Source: Crocinitomicaceae bacterium (GTDB lineage: Bacteria > Bacteroidota > Bacteroidia > Flavobacteriales_D > Crocinitomicaceae). Taken from it: a stretch of 46,259 bases of DNA. The DNA is taken from positions 1 through 46,259 of the forward strand of contig JAQWUF010000194.1 of the NCBI GenBank assembly GCA_029242295.1, read 5' to 3'. This document shows positions 9,123 to 17,865 of the stretch, one piece after another (the first letter of the stretch is position 1; every line of letters begins with the position of its first letter). The notes beneath the pieces are model-generated. The model did not search any database, had not been told where the DNA came from, and saw only the letters and a program-made list of their open reading frames with translations. The position numbers and the translations under genes are program-made.

Positions 9123-10841
9123 TTACAAGAAAATCTGCATGTCCTTGTTGTGTTTCACGCGGTATCGGAAATTGATGTTTTCTTTTTCTTTCGGTTTGAT
9201 TTTTAACTTCCATTCGAGATTACCGCTTTTTTCGGTGTGCATCGCTCTATCTTTGTCCAATACTATAATCTCTATTTCAGGATTCGTTGTGATTGGAATT
9301 TGATCCAAAACGATAATTTCTACTGGTGCCGATTTCAAGTTTCTGATTTCGATATTGTAGGCTTTTGTTTGTTCCTTGTTGCTGCCAACAATTCTTTCCT
9401 TGCATTCGTCTTTCATCAAAGTACGACGAACGATAATGTTTGGATCTTTTCCTAAACTAAAGTTCACCGTGTCGTCCAATTGCGAAGGATTCAAGTATGT
9501 TTCTCCAATATAACTTCCATCAAAGAAGATATTGGCTTGAGCAGGAACCAATTGTAAATCGGAAAGGTTCGTCAATTCAGCAATCAAATACGCTTGTTGA
9601 TCCAATTTTGGAATGGTGTAATATCGATATTGAGCTGGAATATTCATGTTTTTAATCAAAACCATGTGCTGTTCATTGTTGCTTTTAATGTCGTATGGCA
9701 AGTCAATTTGAAATTCAGCTGAAATCATGTGATCCACAACAGTTGTGAAATCTGCTGTCGTTTTAGCGTTGTACGCAACACCTGAATTGTTGGTGTAAAC
9801 GGCATCTTCAATAGCTTCTGTAACAGGTCTTGGAACATTTCCATAATTGACGTTGTTGTTCCGCGAAATTTCCAAGTTCTTACGTTTATAGTCCAACTCT
9901 TTTTGTTGCAATTGGTAATTGTTATAAGTGATGTACCAAGGGTGCATTGTTGGCAATGTTTTATTCTGGAAAGGATTGTTGGTGGAAATATTCAATTTGA
10001 TATTCTCCCAATCTTCACCTGAATTCTGATAGACTTGCGCCTTGTAGTTCATGTTGATATTTCCGCTTGTTACATCAGCACGCATATCGTAAAGTGGCGT
10101 CCAACCTGCTTCGCTGACTAGATACGAAACAATCATTTTTCCTGTTGCGGCTGCTGTGGAAGAGAGTGTTACGGTAATTCTATGACTTGGTCCTTTCGGT
10201 TTAGGATGTAGTTTGGCATCGTTTTGGAAATTTTTCAGTTTCGATAAACGAGCATTCATTTCATTTCTAACTTCCGATTTATCGGCATGTTTTTTCTTTT
10301 GAATGGTCAAATTCTGGTTGAGCTCCAACATTTTTGACATGTAGAAATCGATGGCTTGTTTCAAAAGTTGAATCGAGTCGTTTACCTTTCCTTGACCTTT
10401 CATCGATCCATTGTTGGATAAAATGTTCTTCGTAGCTGTATAAACGTCAATGTTATCTTGAATTTGTTGGATTTCATAATTGATTTGTTTCAAGGAATCT
10501 TCCAACTTGGAAATGTCCAAACGAACCTTTAAAGGAAGTCCCTCCAATTTTATTACTTCTGGTTTTGGGTAAAAAAGGGAATACTTAGAATCGATAATAA
10601 TCACAGAATTGCCACTTGCAATGACCTGAAGACTATTCGGATCAATGTTTGGACTTACTCCATCGATTATGACTTTCGTTACTCCGGATTTGATCGAATA
10701 GGAAGCTTTTCGTTTGATTTGAGCTCCTTTTGCGTACACCGTTACCTCGGTGATATCAGATTTAATAATGTCTTCCTCGTTGGCATATATGGATGTAGTA
10801 AAGACAAAACTGATGAGTGTAATAAAAATTGATTTGTACAT
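9123..10841 (-). CDS. DUF4139/DUF4140 (MuiA-like) secreted protein
   Basis: Start moved to MYKSIFITLISFVFTTSIYA (signal peptide). It has a central coiled-coil-like stretch, and the overall pattern (..GWTPLYDMR.., ..NIFFDGSYIGETYL..) fits the DUF4139 family. Confidence 0.65.
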   Translation of the reverse strand: MYKSIFITLISFVFTTSIYANEEDIIKSDITEVTVYAKGAQIKRKASYSIKSGVTKVIIDGVSPNIDPNSLQVIASGNSVIIIDSKYSLFYPKPEVIKLEGLPLKVRLDISKLEDSLKQINYEIQQIQDNIDVYTATKNILSNNGSMKGQGKVNDSIQLLKQAIDFYMSKMLELNQNLTIQKKKHADKSEVRNEMNARLSKLKNFQNDAKLHPKPKGPSHRITVTLSSTAAATGKMIVSYLVSEAGWTPLYDMRADVTSGNINMNYKAQVYQNSGEDWENIKLNISTNNPFQNKTLPTMHPWYITYNNYQLQQKELDYKRKNLEISRNNNVNYGNVPRPVTEAIEDAVYTNNSGVAYNAKTTADFTTVVDHMISAEFQIDLPYDIKSNNEQHMVLIKNMNIPAQYRYYTIPKLDQQAYLIAELTNLSDLQLVPAQANIFFDGSYIGETYLNPSQLDDTVNFSLGKDPNIIVRRTLMKDECKERIVGSNKEQTKAYNIEIRNLKSAPVEIIVLDQIPITTNPEIEIIVLDKDRAMHTEKSGNLEWKLKIKPKEKENINFRYRVKHNKDMQIFL

Positions 10842-11237
10842 GATTGATTTATTTTTGGGTCTGTACAAGTAAGTGCTGAATGGGTTCAGATAAAGTTGTG
10901 TGTTGGGGCTTAAGTGATTGTTTTACAATTGATTAGAGTTCAGTTTGAAATTCACAAACATCTGATTAAATGACATTTAGCGCAGTCGTCAACAGCACCT
11001 CATCTAAAAATTTAAATTTTTATTTGATGATTTTAAACCAAATGTAGATGCGATAAACGCAGCTAGAAAATCGAATTGCGCAAGCTTTTGTTTAGAGTTG
11101 TGAAAATCCTAAATTTTGTTTTGTGCCAATGGATTCAGTTAAACGTCAATCTATGTTAATTTTCTTTCAGTATAAGATTGAAACCCAGTCAATTCTTGTC
11201 GAATGTGTACTTTTACTCTTCTTAAAAGTGTACGAAT

Positions 11238-12404
11238 TTGTCCGTTAAATCAGCTTATACATCCAAAATTAAAAAGAGCATTTCTGAAATCAATCAGAAA
11301 GATTGGACGGAAGTTGTCGCGAATAGAAACATTTATCTCAGTGTTGCATATCTTCAATCATTAGAGAAATCAATGAATGAGGACATGACTTTGTTCTATT
11401 CCGTGGTTTATGATTCGGATAGAAAACCGGTTTTAGTGGTTGCGTTTCAACTCGTATCCTTCGAGTATTGCGGCGGAAATCATCCGCACATTTTCAAACA
11501 TTTTTCGAACGAAAAGACCGAAGAAGGTTTTAACATGAAAACACTGGTTTGCGGAAACGTATTCTCGGATGGAGAAAATGGCTTTCTTTGGAACGATAGT
11601 ATATCCGATGCAGATGCTATTGGACAAATGACGAAAATCGCCGATGAAATCAAGAAAGATCCTTCGGTTAAGAAACAGCTTTCCATCATCTTATTCAAGG
11701 AGTTTTTTCCTGGTTCAGAACCGTATGCTGATCTTTTGAAAGACCACAGCTACAAGGATTTCATGATCGATGTGAACATGGTTCTTGAAATGCACGATAC
11801 TTGGAAAACTATGGACGATTACTTGGAAAGTATGACCACCAAATTCCGCACAAGAGCAAAAGGAGTCTTTAAAAAATCGGCCCAATTAGAACTGAAATCG
11901 CTTTCAGCAAAAGAAATTGAAGAGCAACATGATCGCATAAATGAGCTGTTTTCAAAAGTCGTTGCAAAATCAAATTATAACCTTGGAACCATGATGCCCG
12001 ATACTTTTGGGGCACTCAAAGCATCCTTGGGCGACCATTTTTCTTTCCGCGGAATTTTCCTAAAAGAAGAATTGGTCGGATTCAGTACTTCATTCATCCA
12101 CAAAGGAATAATAGAAGCCAATTATGTAGGCATGGATTATGAACACAACAAGGACATGGCGATATACCAAAGACTTTTGTACGATTATGTCGAACAAGCT
12201 TTGGCCCTGAATGCGAAAGAACTCCAACTCGGTCGAACTTCAGAATTGATCAAAAGTTGTTTGGGCGCGAAACCTGTGAATATGAAATTGTATGCCAAGC
12301 ATAAAAAACCTGTGACGAATATTTTGTTGTCGACTGTTTTGAGTTTTTTATCGCCTAGCAAATTCGAATTGAGAAAACCTTTTAAAGCTAATTTCCCGAA
12401 CTAA
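11238..12404 (+). CDS. GNAT/FemAB-like acetyltransferase-fold protein
   Basis: 388 aa. The N-terminal ..INQKDWTEVVANRNIYLSVAYLQSLEKS.. resembles the FemAB-like/BioF2-like acetyltransferase families. It apparently starts at TTG, because there is no in-frame ATG before the conserved N-terminus. Confidence 0.55.
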   Translation: MSVKSAYTSKIKKSISEINQKDWTEVVANRNIYLSVAYLQSLEKSMNEDMTLFYSVVYDSDRKPVLVVAFQLVSFEYCGGNHPHIFKHFSNEKTEEGFNMKTLVCGNVFSDGENGFLWNDSISDADAIGQMTKIADEIKKDPSVKKQLSIILFKEFFPGSEPYADLLKDHSYKDFMIDVNMVLEMHDTWKTMDDYLESMTTKFRTRAKGVFKKSAQLELKSLSAKEIEEQHDRINELFSKVVAKSNYNLGTMMPDTFGALKASLGDHFSFRGIFLKEELVGFSTSFIHKGIIEANYVGMDYEHNKDMAIYQRLLYDYVEQALALNAKELQLGRTSELIKSCLGAKPVNMKLYAKHKKPVTNILLSTVLSFLSPSKFELRKPFKANFPN

Positions 12405-13543
12405 TGGATTCATTAACGCAAATAGTACTTGGAGCTTCCGTTGGTGAGGCCGTTCTCGGAAAGAAAATTGGAAATAGAGCCATGCTTTGGGGTGCAATTG
12501 CCGGAACGATTCCTGATTTGGACGTTTTTATCCGCTATTTCACCGATCCAATTACTTCAACGGAAATACACCGAGGCGTATCGCATTCTATTCTGTTTGC
12601 TATTGTGATGGCCTTTGTTTTGGGCTGGCTCGTCCATAAAAATGAAAAACTGACCTTTGGATTGCTGACTCTTTCTGTTTTTGGATTGACGGCAATTGTG
12701 ACGCCTTCGGCTATGTTCAGAATCATAATGATTCTTCTAATTCTAGGTGTTTTTACGCTGATCTATTTTACTAAAATTAAATCGACAGTCACTGCCAAAG
12801 ATTGGGGTAAACTCTTTTTCTGGAGTTTGGTTACGCATCCTTTGCTAGATGCCCATACAACTTGGGGTACACAGCTGTTTTGGCCTTTCGAATACCGTTT
12901 GGCATACAAAAACATATTCGTTGCAGATCCATTGTACACGGTTCCTTTTCTCATATTGGTAATTGCAGCCCTGTGTTACAAAAGATCGAATACAAAGCGC
13001 ACGAAAATCAACAATTGGGCGCTCATTATCAGTACTTCCTACATGGCTTTAACCCTTGTTTTCAAAGGAATTGCTCAATATAAGTTTGATAGCGCATTGA
13101 AGGAACAAGGCATTGCATATACTGAAATGGATACCCAGCCGACGCCACTAAACAGTATACTTTGGAGCGCTCAGATTGAAACGAAAACTGGATTTACTTC
13201 TGGATATTATTCCCTTTTCGATTCTCGTCCGATTGCCTTCCATACAGAAATTCCGAAAGGGCATTACTTATTGAAACCTTATGAAAACAACAAGCAGGTT
13301 CAACAGATTAAAAAAATTGCGACCAGTTGGTATTTCGTTGAAAAAGACACGAATGGATTAGTTTTCACCGACATTCGTTTTGGCCAGTTTGGCTTCGACG
13401 ATTCGGCTCAATACATGTGGAAATACAACCTCAAAAAAAATATCAATGGAAAACTAGAAGTTGAACGTTCTGATTTTTCACCAAGAGATATAAATATGAA
13501 AAAGGCCTTTGGTGACCTTTGGACACGTATTAAGGGGAATTAA
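12404..13543 (+). CDS. membrane-bound metal-dependent hydrolase (YbcI/DUF457 family) with C-terminal extension
   Basis: MDSLTQIVLGASVGEAVLGKKIGNRAMLWGAIAGTIPDLDVF.. is the typical DUF457 N-terminus, and the protein has multiple TMs. TAATG overlap with the upstream gene. Confidence 0.7.
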   Translation: MDSLTQIVLGASVGEAVLGKKIGNRAMLWGAIAGTIPDLDVFIRYFTDPITSTEIHRGVSHSILFAIVMAFVLGWLVHKNEKLTFGLLTLSVFGLTAIVTPSAMFRIIMILLILGVFTLIYFTKIKSTVTAKDWGKLFFWSLVTHPLLDAHTTWGTQLFWPFEYRLAYKNIFVADPLYTVPFLILVIAALCYKRSNTKRTKINNWALIISTSYMALTLVFKGIAQYKFDSALKEQGIAYTEMDTQPTPLNSILWSAQIETKTGFTSGYYSLFDSRPIAFHTEIPKGHYLLKPYENNKQVQQIKKIATSWYFVEKDTNGLVFTDIRFGQFGFDDSAQYMWKYNLKKNINGKLEVERSDFSPRDINMKKAFGDLWTRIKGN

Positions 13544-14044
13544 TTATCCCCATTGAAATAAAATTCCGCCCATCAAAGAAAGAGTGATAATCCAGTAACC
13601 TGCATTTACGAATCCGTATTTTACTTTTTTACGCTCGAATAAACCGTTCGTCATCAAAATTGGTAATGCAACGAAGATTCCAATCAGTGCTCCGTGCAGA
13701 TCGCCATGTTTATAGGTTCTGAAATTTTGACCGTATTGATCGATGAAAGCTTTCATCGTGATATCCAATTCTGAACCAGACACGCCGAATCCTTCTTCAT
13801 TAATCAAGATTGAAGAGTAATCTGTTTGATGAACAACGAAAGAAAACAGCATAATTCCCATCAAGAAACTCAAGAAATAAGCAAGTCCGTAGATCATGCC
13901 CATATTTCCTTCTCGCATCTTTTCTTAGGCCATTCCAGTGACTTTCATCCAGGCAGTGTCCACTACTTTTGGGTGATAATAAATGAATCCTATAAGAAGA
14001 GGAACAAGAGCCGAAAGGGCAACAATACCGATGTTTGGAAACAT
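13544..14044 (-). pseudogene. DUF1761 membrane protein gene interrupted by one in-frame TAA
   Basis: The ATG at 14044 opens MFPNIGIVALSALVPLLIGFIYYHPKVVDTAWMKVTGMA, followed by TAA at 13927..13925. The same frame then continues EKMREGNMGMIYGLAYFLSFLMG... to 13544, which is track ORF 13544..13918. The two parts together form one DUF1761-like protein. Confidence 0.65.
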
Positions 14045-14081
14045 AATACATTAATTTATGGGTTACTCAAATATAGCATTT

Positions 14082-14690
14082 TCAAATTTGGAAGAACAAA
14101 AGAAGTAGACGTATCCCAAATGCAACCATCACAATGCCAACTAGTTGAAAGAGTACTTTGAGGTGTTTTGGCTGAATGTACCTTTTTAATTTAAAGGCGA
14201 AAACGGATTTTAAACAGTCGGTTAAGAAGATGGTCAGTAAGGAAGCTAAAAGAGAAAGAAAAATTTCGAATTCGGAATCAAAAACTTCTTGATTAAAGGA
14301 GTAATAACCAATCCATACGGCAAAAACGAAAGGGTTCAAAAAATTGATAAGGAATCCGTTTACCGCATAGGTCCATAAAAATTTGGACTGGAATTTACCT
14401 TCGGTGTTTGTGTTTGCGGTTGGTTTTACAATGTATTTTATTCCCATGGACAAGAGAATGATTCCTCCTGCCAAAGCCAACCATCGTTGATTAACTGTAT
14501 GCTCGAAAATAACGCCTAAACCTTTCGCTGCAAGTATGACACAAATTATGTCTCCAACGATAATTCCAAGTGCAACGGCGATTCCTGCGCGAACTCCGCT
14601 CTCCAGCGAACTTTTTATCAGGTAAAAAAGAACCGGTCCAATAAAAAGGAGCGTGCTCAAACCGAGAAGAATACCGATAAAGATAGGCAT
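14082..14690 (-). CDS. LysE-family amino-acid/metabolite exporter
   Basis: 202 aa with about 6 TMs. The N-terminus MPIFIGILLGLSTLLFIGPVLFYLI.. is typical of LysE/RhtB translocators. Confidence 0.7.
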   Translation of the reverse strand: MPIFIGILLGLSTLLFIGPVLFYLIKSSLESGVRAGIAVALGIIVGDIICVILAAKGLGVIFEHTVNQRWLALAGGIILLSMGIKYIVKPTANTNTEGKFQSKFLWTYAVNGFLINFLNPFVFAVWIGYYSFNQEVFDSEFEIFLSLLASLLTIFLTDCLKSVFAFKLKRYIQPKHLKVLFQLVGIVMVAFGIRLLLLFFQI

Positions 14691-14708
14691 GAGTAAAAGT
14701 AATATTAC

Positions 14709-15206
14709 TTATTTAAACGCTTTTCGAATTTTTTTAATCGCCCAATCGCAGTGACTTGAGGCACAAGATATCAAATAAGCGCCTAAAGAAGTCGAACCTG
14801 TCCAGCTATATCGTTTCTTTTCGAAAAGTTCTTCGTTGGTCCTTGATTCTATCAAACTATAGACCGAGGAAAAAGACTCTTGAAATAATTTTCTTGCTTC
14901 GTCCAAATTAGTCGATTGGTATTTCGTCCAAATTTTGACATTCAATTCAGGCAAGGTCTTCCACGAATATCCTTCTCCGGGAATAGCTGGTTTCCCTCCT
15001 TTTTCGCCCGTTTCATACCAAGAAAGAACCATGGTATTCCATTCATGAAGATGGGTGATGACATCCCGAATATTTCGATAGAGACTATCGTCTGGAAATT
15101 CTTCGTCATGGCGGTCGATTTCAATTGCATCTATCGTTGCATTCAGTTTGTCGAAATTCGATTTACTCAGATTCAGAAGTTCTTCTTTTGTTTTAGGACG
15201 TGGCAT
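14709..15206 (-). CDS. ClbS/DfsB-family four-helix-bundle protein (DUF1706)
   Basis: MPRPKTKEELL.., ..RNIRDVITHLHEWNTMVLSW.., ..YSWKTLPELN.., ..WTGSTSLGAYLISCASSHCDWAIKKIRK match the family consensus along the full length. Confidence 0.8.
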   Translation of the reverse strand: MPRPKTKEELLNLSKSNFDKLNATIDAIEIDRHDEEFPDDSLYRNIRDVITHLHEWNTMVLSWYETGEKGGKPAIPGEGYSWKTLPELNVKIWTKYQSTNLDEARKLFQESFSSVYSLIESRTNEELFEKKRYSWTGSTSLGAYLISCASSHCDWAIKKIRKAFK

Positions 15207-15207
15207 A

Positions 15208-16167
15208 TTACTGTTTTGTCAATATTATCCGATTATAACTCTGCATTCCTTGCATGATTGAAAACGGCATCAACCACCCAGCAATGGTGTTTTTAATCAA
15301 GTTTTTAGACATGATTTTATACTCCACTTTAGCCAAGCCGATTCTTTTGAAATACTTAACAGCGATGCGATGAAAACGTACCAAATTCGGCATAATAGCT
15401 TCGGAAATATCGTCGTTCATTTCTACTTCAAATCCAATTTTCTCAGCAATTTTCAACCATTCATCAATGTTGTGTCCGTTGCTTACACCCATCGTTTTCT
15501 CGATGAGGTAACTCGCTTTTTTCTGAGTAGGAGAGAGCTGGTCGAAATTCTTCGAGCGAAAACCTTCAAAAAGAATGAATTTTCCTCCCCGCTGCAAAAC
15601 ACGGTGAACTTCTGAAAGCGCTTTCTCCGGATTATCCGAATGACAAACGGATTCCAATTCAAAAACATAATCGAATCGCCGGTCGTTGAATTGCAAGTCA
15701 TGGAAATCACCAAAAGCGACAATCAAATTTTCAATTTCCTTCGATTTGGTTGCAGTATAATTCAAATGCTGTTCTGTAATTTCTATACCTTGAAAACCAA
15801 TATTCGGATTCCGTTCCGCTAAATATTTAGAATTGAATCCCTTACCGCAACCCAATTCGAGAACAGTAGCTTTTTTTTTAATGATTATTTCGTCTATTTC
15901 TTTGACTTGCTGATAGTATCCATCTTCATGAAATGCACCGTCATAGTTTATTGCCATGTGCACCGAACCTTCTTTGCTGTGTACTAAATTGTAGCCGAAA
16001 TTACTGTCTCGGTAATATTTCTGAATTTTCGTTCGATTGATGTCTTTGTTGAGAATTTTCTCTGTTTCAAAAATCTTCTCAATCAATGCGAGATGCTCTT
16101 CTAAAGTAGCTTCACTTAAAAAATAATCATTTTTCAGTAGCTTCACGATTGTATGAATTTCCGCCAA
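15208..16167 (-). CDS. class I SAM-dependent methyltransferase
   Basis: Motif I VLELGCGKGFNSKYLA and post-I/II ..RVLQRGGKFILFE.. It apparently starts at TTG (16165..16167), since the first in-frame ATG is about 70 codons in. Its stop lies 1 nt from the ClbS-like start. Confidence 0.75.
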   Translation of the reverse strand: MAEIHTIVKLLKNDYFLSEATLEEHLALIEKIFETEKILNKDINRTKIQKYYRDSNFGYNLVHSKEGSVHMAINYDGAFHEDGYYQQVKEIDEIIIKKKATVLELGCGKGFNSKYLAERNPNIGFQGIEITEQHLNYTATKSKEIENLIVAFGDFHDLQFNDRRFDYVFELESVCHSDNPEKALSEVHRVLQRGGKFILFEGFRSKNFDQLSPTQKKASYLIEKTMGVSNGHNIDEWLKIAEKIGFEVEMNDDISEAIMPNLVRFHRIAVKYFKRIGLAKVEYKIMSKNLIKNTIAGWLMPFSIMQGMQSYNRIILTKQ

Positions 16168-16204
16168 CTTTAAAACGTTTGTCCTTGTAATTCATAAAAT
16201 CAGA

Positions 16205-16768
16205 TTAACAACTCGGTAATTCAATTTTCATTACTCCATCCTTGCGATAAACTCTGAAATTATAATTCTCCATGGTGCATTTGGGTTCGATAACAAATTG
16301 CACCTTGCCTAACACTTCAAAATCAGCATCAGAACGTATTTTGAACTTTTGTTTGTACGTGGTCTTTTGTCGAACGAAATGAGCAGGCAAACCTGAAAAA
16401 GGATCTACTTCGACAATCGATGCGGGTGATTCCAGATAATCTTTGCTTACCTTTAAAAGGTTTTTGGTGTCATAAAATTCTATTTGAAACGTGCCTTTGT
16501 AAGCTTTTGAAGATAATGGAGACAGGAAATGACTTCCTTCGTCTGGAACTATATTTACGGTGATGTAATATTCGTTGTTTTTCAATTCCTCCACTCCGAA
16601 AGCTAACGTGTATGGATCTTGTTCTGCTAATTTCTGATTGAATCTTCTGGGTGTATTCGCAGAACTAGAATATGGATCTGAAGCTGTTCTGATAGCATTC
16701 TCTTTTGTTTTTTCCTTAGAACAACTAGAAAGAGATAGGAAAATTAAAATGTATAGTACCTTGAACAT
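16205..16768 (-). CDS. hypothetical lipoprotein
   Basis: Lipobox in MFKVLYILIFLSLSSCSKEK. 187 aa, with no family recognised. Confidence 0.55.
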   Translation of the reverse strand: MFKVLYILIFLSLSSCSKEKTKENAIRTASDPYSSSANTPRRFNQKLAEQDPYTLAFGVEELKNNEYYITVNIVPDEGSHFLSPLSSKAYKGTFQIEFYDTKNLLKVSKDYLESPASIVEVDPFSGLPAHFVRQKTTYKQKFKIRSDADFEVLGKVQFVIEPKCTMENYNFRVYRKDGVMKIELPSC

Positions 16769-16828
16769 AATGTAGCGTATTGATTCAGCTGAAAGGTAAG
16801 TAAATTCCTTCAGGCAAGATCAGTTTAC

Positions 16829-16848
16829 AGTGTAAATTAGTGTAAAAC
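16829..16848 (+). repeat. direct 10-nt repeat AGTGTAAATT/AGTGTAAAAC
   Basis: Two adjacent 10-mers share AGTGTAAA. They lie in the 91-bp spacer upstream of the lipoprotein gene. Confidence 0.5.
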
Positions 16849-16859
16849 TTTACTGTAAT

Positions 16860-17495
16860 CTACAAATATTTATGCGAACCATCGCAACGCGGATATCGCT
16901 TCGATTGACCGCAATAGCAGTCTTGCATGCCCAATCCAGCTAAAATTTTTGGAGATGCCTCGATAACCCGAGAAGTGCGAGTTGCCGATTGTTTTGCTCC
17001 TGAAAAATGAAGATTATATCCTCTTTGTCGACCAGGAGTTAAGGCGTAAAAGGCTTTTTTTAAGTCGGGCTTTTCTTCCAATATTTTTAGTAATTCCTCT
17101 GGGAAGTCTAATTTATCTGTTGGTTGTATATCAACCTTCAATCCTGCCTTTTCGATTTCTATCGCTTCGTAGATGCAGGATTTGATATCTTGTTCGATGT
17201 CGAGAATTTCTTTGTTGGACGTAAACTTGAAAATCATAATGGATCTCGAATTTTCGCCAGGCTTTTGTAATAATTTTAAGTCGTCCTTGAGCAAAACGCC
17301 TTTCATAAAACTCAAAACCACATATTCTTTGAATTTACCAATGATGCAAACGTTTTTACCGTTGAATGTATAGGTCGGAACCTTCCACTTCAATTCTTCA
17401 GTGAGTGAGCACTCCAACAGCATTCCACGCAAAGATTCCATTTCGGATTGCAAATTGGAAGATCTCGCTATATAATCGTCTATCAAAGGATTCAT
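16860..17495 (-). CDS. DUF1801/YdeI-family protein with C-terminal CDGSH iron-sulfur motif
   Basis: The N-terminal ..ELKWKVPTYTFNGKNVCIIGKFKEY.. is DUF1801-like. ..KKAFYALTPGRQRGYNLHFSGAKQSATRTSRV.. is the YdeI C-domain. The last 19 aa, CYCGQSKRYPRCDGSHKYL, fit C-x-C-x2-S-x3-P-x-C-D-G-S-H exactly. Confidence 0.7.
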   Translation of the reverse strand: MNPLIDDYIARSSNLQSEMESLRGMLLECSLTEELKWKVPTYTFNGKNVCIIGKFKEYVVLSFMKGVLLKDDLKLLQKPGENSRSIMIFKFTSNKEILDIEQDIKSCIYEAIEIEKAGLKVDIQPTDKLDFPEELLKILEEKPDLKKAFYALTPGRQRGYNLHFSGAKQSATRTSRVIEASPKILAGLGMQDCYCGQSKRYPRCDGSHKYL

Positions 17496-17511
17496 GAAGG
17501 AAAGTTAGAAA

Positions 17512-17865
17512 TTATTTACGATGTAATTTCAATCCTAGATCAAGAATTTCGCAGATTTCTTTGAGATTCAAATCCAAATTTGGGTCGACAGAATAACTCT
17601 TCATACGCTTTCTATCGCCTTGTTCCAGTTTGGGGTGTTCGATTAATCCACCATCCGCCATCTAAATATAAGTATGACTCGTTTTTTATCTTGCCACAAA
17701 TAACACAGAATCTTTTTCCTATATAGGAAACAGGGTAAACCGCATTTAATCGTTTCGGATTATCTCAGGATCTTGGTGGAGAATAATATTGCGTAAAGCA
17801 AGGAAACAGCTTTTCAGCGGATCTTCTTTCTTGCAATAAAAATCGTCCTCAGATATGAAATTATT
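17512..17865 (-). pseudogene. decayed DUF1801-like small gene (two frameshifts, no start codon)
   Basis: Reading the minus strand, frame A gives ..DDFYCKKEDPLKSCFLALRNIILHQDPEI then stops at 17748..17746. Frame A+2 gives ..LNAVYPVSYIGKRFCVICGKIKNESYLYLDGG. Frame A resumes (ATG at 17661) with ADGGLIEHPKLEQGDRKRMKSYSVDPNLDLNLKEICEILDLGLKLHRK*. Concatenated, the pieces look like one small conserved protein of about 115 aa. Confidence 0.5.
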
